In this document: positions 59,131 to 64,000 of the stretch, in pieces
Position numbering within the stretch: position 1 is the first letter of the stretch
How the letters are laid out: each line of letters begins with the position of its first letter
Assembly (NCBI GenBank): GCA_963667725.2
Contig: CAXXHO010000003.1
Span: forward strand, 1,152,001-1,216,000
Reading direction: 5' to 3'
From: Treponemataceae bacterium
GTDB taxonomy: Bacteria; Spirochaetota; Spirochaetia; Treponematales; Rectinemataceae
DNA length: 64,000 bases
Translations under genes and position numbers: made by a program
Notes under the pieces: generated by a model
Database searches by the model: none
What the model saw: only the letters and a program-made list of their open reading frames with translations
Told to the model about the DNA's origin: nothing

Positions 59131-60495
59131 ATGATGATGACCCTTTTCAATATACCCAAGGAAATCCGCCTCATCGCCGAGAAGGTGAACGGCAGGGGCA
59201 AGAAAGCCTATCTCGTCGGCGGCGCGCTTCGCGATCATTTCATGAAGCGTGGGGTCGGCAATGACTTTGACATGGCCACCGACGCCTCGCCTCAGGAGAT
59301 AATCTCCCTTTTCCCGAGGGTAATTCCCACGGGCATCAAGCATGGAACGGTGACGGTGCTGACCGGCCGCTTTTCGGTGGAAATCACGACCTTCAGGGTT
59401 GAGGGCGGCTACACGGACGGGCGGAGGCCCGATTCAGTGAAGTTCGTGGCCGACATCGAGGAAGACTTGTCCAGGCGCGATTTCACCATGAACGCGATGG
59501 CGCTCGACGTGCTTTCAGGCAGACTCTACGATCCTTTCCTCGGTCAGGAGGATATCAAAAAGCGCTGCATCAGAAGCGTGGGCTCTCCCGCTCTCAGGTT
59601 CGCCGAGGATGGTTTGAGGCCGCTCAGGGCTATCCGTTTCGCGGCTCAGCTGGGTTTCTCCATCGAGGAATCGACTTTTTCCGCGATTTCTTCGGCCATC
59701 GGAACGTTCAGGCAGGTTTCCAGGGAAAGGGTTCGCGAAGAGCTGCAGAAAATACTCCTGAGTCCTTCCCCTTCGACGGGCTTGCGGCTCCTGGAATCCT
59801 CAGGCTTTCTGGGCGAGATACTGCCCGAACTGCTTCCCTCCAGGGGCTGCGGGCAGAAAGGCATGCATTCGTTCGATGTCATGGATCATCTTTTCCTGTC
59901 GGTGGATGCCGCGCGAAAGGACTTGGTCATAAGGCTGGCGGCGCTCTTCCACGACGCGGGAAAGCCGGCGGCTTCAGCCCTTGGCCCCGACGGGATCCCC
60001 ACCTTCTACAACCATGAGAAAATCTCAGCCCAACTGGCCGCCGCGGCCATGCGGAGATTGAAGTTTCCAAACGAGATTATGGACAAAGTCCTTCACCTCA
60101 TCAGAAATCATATGTTCAATTTCACGGAAGACTGGAGCGACGCCGCCGTCAGGCGTTTCATCACCCATGTCGGCGTCGGCTCCATTGAGGATCTTTTTGA
60201 CCTACGAATGGCCGACGCGGCAGCCACGCAGGGCACGAAACCAGATCCCCGCCCTCTCGACGCCTTCAGAAAACGCATCGAGGCGATCTTGCTGGAGGAG
60301 ACCGCCTTCAGCATCAAGGATCTCGCGGTGAACGGAAACGACTTGGCTCTCATCGGTGTGCCAAGGGGGCCTGTCATGGGGAAAATTCTAGGTGAACTAT
60401 TGGAAACTGTCCTGGACGATCCTGCCCAGAACGAGAGGGAGAGCCTGCTTAAAATAGCGGCGGCTATTAAGGACCGCTACCCGAGCGGCTACTGA
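59131..60495 (+). CDS. cca: CCA-adding tRNA nucleotidyltransferase with HD domain
   Basis: VGGALRD..DFD, RRDFTMNA, EDGLR.LR, HDAGK. Confidence 0.9.
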   Translation: MMMTLFNIPKEIRLIAEKVNGRGKKAYLVGGALRDHFMKRGVGNDFDMATDASPQEIISLFPRVIPTGIKHGTVTVLTGRFSVEITTFRVEGGYTDGRRPDSVKFVADIEEDLSRRDFTMNAMALDVLSGRLYDPFLGQEDIKKRCIRSVGSPALRFAEDGLRPLRAIRFAAQLGFSIEESTFSAISSAIGTFRQVSRERVREELQKILLSPSPSTGLRLLESSGFLGEILPELLPSRGCGQKGMHSFDVMDHLFLSVDAARKDLVIRLAALFHDAGKPAASALGPDGIPTFYNHEKISAQLAAAAMRRLKFPNEIMDKVLHLIRNHMFNFTEDWSDAAVRRFITHVGVGSIEDLFDLRMADAAATQGTKPDPRPLDAFRKRIEAILLEETAFSIKDLAVNGNDLALIGVPRGPVMGKILGELLETVLDDPAQNERESLLKIAAAIKDRYPSGY

Positions 60496-61268
60496 GAGAG
60501 GCTTGTTATGGCGGCGAGACGTTTGGCCGCGAGCGCGGAGCCGCTTTTCAGGCTGGAATAGATATCTTCGGCCACCACCTGCTCAGCCTCTTTCTTAGTC
60601 TTGCCCTTGCAGGGACCGTATTTCTTCTTGCCGACCTTGCAGGAAACCCAGAAAAGTCTGTCGTGTTCCGGACCTTCAGTCTTCTCAAGAAAATACTGAG
60701 GCAGCTCCTTGTAATATTTTTGCGCGTACTCCTGAATAACCGTCTTGTAGTCCTTGCTTTTTCCGCTGATAGCCTCATCGATGGAAGATTCCAGCAGACA
60801 GGCGACGAAACGCCGCGCGGCTTCATACCCCTGGTCCAGGAAAACCGCCCCGATGAGAGCTTCGAGGGCATCGGCTAGAATGGCTTTCTTGGTCCGACCT
60901 CCCGAGAGTTCCTCTCCTCTGCCCAACTGCAGCGCTTCGGCTATGCCTAAGGTCACGGCGAGAGGCGCCAGTGTCTGTTCCGATACAACGATGCTCTTTA
61001 TTCGTGCCAGTTCGCCTTCGGGTCTTCCGTCCAGCTTGAAGTAGAGGAGGGATGCCACCACCTGGCCCAAGACGGAGTCGCCCAGAAACTCCAGTCTTTC
61101 ATTGTGCGTAATGGTTTCGGCGTGATTGATTTCGTTGAGAAAAGATCGATGTGTCAGCGATGAATCGAGAAGGTAAACATTGTTGAATGAGATTTTAAGT
61201 CGTTCTTGGAAATCATGGAGAAAAATCTGGCGCGGAGAGAGTTCCTGCGTGATCATTCGCATAACCAC
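60489..61268 (-). CDS. rnc: Ribonuclease III
   Basis: NERLEFLGDSVL, ADALEALIGA, dsRBD; start could be 61262. Confidence 0.96.
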   Translation of the reverse strand: MVMRMITQELSPRQIFLHDFQERLKISFNNVYLLDSSLTHRSFLNEINHAETITHNERLEFLGDSVLGQVVASLLYFKLDGRPEGELARIKSIVVSEQTLAPLAVTLGIAEALQLGRGEELSGGRTKKAILADALEALIGAVFLDQGYEAARRFVACLLESSIDEAISGKSKDYKTVIQEYAQKYYKELPQYFLEKTEGPEHDRLFWVSCKVGKKKYGPCKGKTKKEAEQVVAEDIYSSLKSGSALAAKRLAAITSLSQ

Positions 61269-61304
61269 GACAGGGAATCTACCCGCGCCCGCACGAAATG
61301 GTCG

Positions 61305-61541
61305 TTATTTGACCTGGGTCTTGATGAATTCGTAAGCATCGCGAACAGTTTCGAACTCATTCGCTTTTTCATCGGGAATCTGGATGCCAAGCTCCTCTTC
61401 GATTCCATACACGAGTTCGTAGGTATCGAGAGAATCGGCGCCAAGATCCTGGCGGAAGCTTGCGTCCAGCGTAATCTTGCTTTCCTCAACTTCCAGCTTG
61501 TCAGCTATAATCTTCTTGACCTTTTCAAAAAGCTCGTCCAT
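61305..61541 (-). CDS. acpP: Acyl carrier protein
   Basis: DLGADSLD. Confidence 0.96.
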   Translation of the reverse strand: MDELFEKVKKIIADKLEVEESKITLDASFRQDLGADSLDTYELVYGIEEELGIQIPDEKANEFETVRDAYEFIKTQVK

Positions 61542-61552
61542 CGGTGTGCTCC

Positions 61553-61738
61553 TTATTTGGATTCTGGGGCGATGATCTGCTTGCCCCGGTAAAAGCCGCA
61601 CTTCGGGCAGACTTGGTGGAGGAGAACAGGGTTGCCGCAGTTTCCGCACTGTACGATCGTAGGAGCGGTCAGCTTCATGTTCACGGAACGACGTCTACGC
61701 GTTCTCGCCTTAGAAGTCCTAAATTTAGGTACAGCCAT
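61553..61738 (-). CDS. rpmF: 50S ribosomal protein L32 (Zn-binding form)
   Basis: MAVPK, CGNCG...CPKCG. Confidence 0.96.
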   Translation of the reverse strand: MAVPKFRTSKARTRRRRSVNMKLTAPTIVQCGNCGNPVLLHQVCPKCGFYRGKQIIAPESK

Positions 61739-61782
61739 GATATAACCTCATTTGCGCTAAGTTTCGCCCAGTACAACTGGGG

Positions 61783-61811
61783 ACAATATACAAATTTACA
61801 AATTTTGTCAA
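61783..61811 (-). promoter_or_regulatory. Promoter of rpmF-acpP-rnc
   Basis: TTGACA-17-TATTGT; the spacer is a tandem AAATTTGT repeat. Confidence 0.6.
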
Positions 61812-61853
61812 GAGCAGAGCCCTTTTCAAGCGCACACCAATTTACCTCAAATT

Positions 61854-62348
61854 TTAATCTTGTAGAAGTGGTCCGAACCGTTTTTCCAGTTCTTTTTGCA
61901 CCAGATTCGGCACAATGCCGCGAGGAAGCTTTTTCCATACAAGCAATTCGCGCACGGCGCTCGAGCTCACATCGACGAATTCGGGACTTGCGAACATGAA
62001 AAGGGTCTCGAGATTCTTCTCAAGACGCTTGTTGAAGGTAGCCATCATCTGCTCATAGGGCACTTCGCTCATGTTCCTGATGCTCCTGAGAAGAATGCCG
62101 CAGTGGTGCTTCTTGGCATATTCGGAAATGAGCCCTTCCCATGAATCGATGACAACATTGGTCAGTCCGGCCTCAGCGACAAGAACGCGCAACATGTCGG
62201 CGCGCTCTTCGACGGTAAAAAGCGGCTGTTTCTGGAAATTACGCGCTATGATAACCCTCAGCTCGGTGAACATTGAAGATGCCCTGAGTATGATATCCAT
62301 ATGGCCTGAGGTGGGCGGATCGAAAGTTCCGGCGAAGACTGCTGTCAT
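61854..62348 (-). CDS. coaD: Phosphopantetheine adenylyltransferase
   Basis: FAGTFDPPTSGH, VSSSAVRE. Confidence 0.94.
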   Translation of the reverse strand: MTAVFAGTFDPPTSGHMDIILRASSMFTELRVIIARNFQKQPLFTVEERADMLRVLVAEAGLTNVVIDSWEGLISEYAKKHHCGILLRSIRNMSEVPYEQMMATFNKRLEKNLETLFMFASPEFVDVSSSAVRELLVWKKLPRGIVPNLVQKELEKRFGPLLQD

Positions 62349-62424
62349 GGCTAGGACTGTATAGCCACGGAATGCGCAGGTCAATACTTTTGTTCGACGC
62401 CCTTTTCTGTCATAATCCCTGAAC

Positions 62425-64000
62425 ATGATCCTTCTGCCGGTTTTTTCAGCGGTTCTCTGCGCCCTATCCCTTCCAAACGAAATATTTCTAACAGGATTCT
62501 GGCCCACAGGCTTTGTGGCGCTGATTCCTCTCTATATAGCCTTGCGTCGCGCCAATAGCCCCAGGCGGTCCGCCCTGATCGGCGCCGTTTTCGGAGCCTT
62601 GAGTCACGCGCTCACTTCGTATTGGCTTTTCTTCTACAAGGATTTCGCTTTCTGGACCCTGGGAGCGACCACCCTCGCCTACGCCATAGTCTACGCCGTC
62701 GCGGCCATGTACTGCAATTTCCTCCTGCGCAATGCAGTCCACGCCTATCGCCCCTTCCTCTTCGCGATCGGATGGGTTGCCTTCGAATATCTCAAGTCTA
62801 TCGGTTTTCTCGGCTATCCCTGGGGGCTGCTCCCCTACTCCCTCAGCTCCATTTCCCTCCTCCTCCAGACGGCCGACACTACAGGTGTCTACGGAATCTC
62901 CTTTCTTCTCGCCCTGTCATCGTCGATAGGGGCGGAACTCATCATGCGGAGAGAAAAGCGGCGCCCGTCCAATCAAGAGCCCAATTTCGCAGCCAAGGGA
63001 GCAGCTTTCCTTGCTTTCACGCTTTTTATCGCCCTCGTCTACGGCCTGGCAGCCGGCCTGCGACCTATTCCCCAGAAAGCGACCATCCGCGCGACCCTCG
63101 TTCAGCAGAACACGGATCCCTGGCTCTCGGGAGAAATGCCCGTGCTGCAGTCCAACATCGATCTGGCCAGACAGGCTTACGAGACGAACAAGGCGGTCGG
63201 CGGTCAGCCCGTAGACCTTATCGTATTCAGCGAAACAAGTCTCCAGCGGCCTTTTACGGAATACCGGCCCTGGTTTGCCAAGAATCCGAAATCCGATCCT
63301 CTCCTGCCTTTTCTTGCCGAAAGCGGATCGCTTCTTCTGACGGGAGCGCCGGTCATTCTCGATTGGGACAAGTACGAAGCCACGAATTCGGTCCTTCTCA
63401 TTTCCAGTCAGGGAAGACTGTTGGATTCCTACGCCAAGATCCACCCTGTTCCCTTCGCCGAGGCCATACCTCTATGGGAATATGACTGGTTCAGGAAGTT
63501 CATGCAGGATGTCGTCGGGCTGGAAAGCGGCTGGGTTATGGGCAACGAGATCACTATGTTTTCCATCACGCCCAGGGCTTCCGGCGGTACGGAGATTAAA
63601 TTCGGCACCCCCATCTGCTTCGAGGATGCCTTTGCCGATCTCTGCCGCCAGTATTTCCTGAAAGGAGCCGACCTCCTCATAAACCTGACGAACGATTCCT
63701 GGTCCAGGACGAAAAGCGCCCAGATCCAGCACTGGGCGATAGCGAGGATAAGGGCCATAGAGAACAGGCGAACCCTGGTGCGAAGCACGAATTCGGGCGT
63801 TTCCTGCGTCGTGGACGCCTGGGGCAACACACTGTACGAGATGCCCCAGTTCGAGGCCCAGTCCATGACGGTCGACATACCCGTCTACGCCCCTTCCGAG
63901 CCTACGCTTTATACAAGGTACGGCGACTGGTTCGCGGAACTCTGCGCGTTACTTTTGGCTTTCTGCGGCATTATTAATGGTGTGAGGTTCCGCAGGAAAC
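62425..64000 (+). CDS. lnt: Apolipoprotein N-acyltransferase (runs off the window; absent from the ORF track)
   Basis: MILLPVFSAVLCALSLPNE..., GFLGYPWG, catalytic E (FSET), K (YAKIHPVPFAE), C (PICFED), NLTNDSW. Confidence 0.93.
   Translation, partial: MILLPVFSAVLCALSLPNEIFLTGFWPTGFVALIPLYIALRRANSPRRSALIGAVFGALSHALTSYWLFFYKDFAFWTLGATTLAYAIVYAVAAMYCNFLLRNAVHAYRPFLFAIGWVAFEYLKSIGFLGYPWGLLPYSLSSISLLLQTADTTGVYGISFLLALSSSIGAELIMRREKRRPSNQEPNFAAKGAAFLAFTLFIALVYGLAAGLRPIPQKATIRATLVQQNTDPWLSGEMPVLQSNIDLARQAYETNKAVGGQPVDLIVFSETSLQRPFTEYRPWFAKNPKSDPLLPFLAESGSLLLTGAPVILDWDKYEATNSVLLISSQGRLLDSYAKIHPVPFAEAIPLWEYDWFRKFMQDVVGLESGWVMGNEITMFSITPRASGGTEIKFGTPICFEDAFADLCRQYFLKGADLLINLTNDSWSRTKSAQIQHWAIARIRAIENRRTLVRSTNSGVSCVVDAWGNTLYEMPQFEAQSMTVDIPVYAPSEPTLYTRYGDWFAELCALLLAFCGIINGVRFRRK

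Noticed and set aside
62622..63485. 287-aa ORF in the track
   Set aside because: Wrong frame of lnt; the true frame starts at 62425 and runs off the window
1..64000. CRISPR arrays, IS elements, prophage, defence systems, tRNA/rRNA
   Set aside because: No repeat-spacer array, transposase, integrase, phage gene or cloverleaf recognised by eye

Overview
Core-chromosome segment of a GC-rich spirochaete (Treponemataceae/Rectinema-like, inferred from gene order such as rpoD-Zn-ribbon-rnpB-TPR-mreBCD-pbp2-rodA, murC-yicC-cmk2 and coaD-rpmF-acpP-rnc). It holds about 60 mostly housekeeping CDS, the RNase P RNA gene, prfB with its programmed +1 frameshift, a nucleoside ABC/deoD operon and a decayed Rieske oxygenase. 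I found no transposase, prophage, CRISPR array, rRNA or tRNA. The best non-obvious signals are: (1) a 28-bp dif-like Xer site at 11859-11886, exactly where two long gene arrays converge in an AT-rich dip, probably the replication terminus; (2) an archaeal-type Cmk-like kinase in the slot normally held by gmk after yicC; (3) a ~200-nt highly structured, non-T-box leader before glyQS; (4) an RNase P RNA with a 77-nt P9 and a minimal P12; (5) a radical SAM fusion translationally coupled to rodA; (6) a triple inverted-repeat array before a GH57-like gene; (7) several apparently leaderless housekeeping genes. I cannot demonstrate a complete new multi-gene system from the sequence alone. All product calls come from motif recognition, not database searches.
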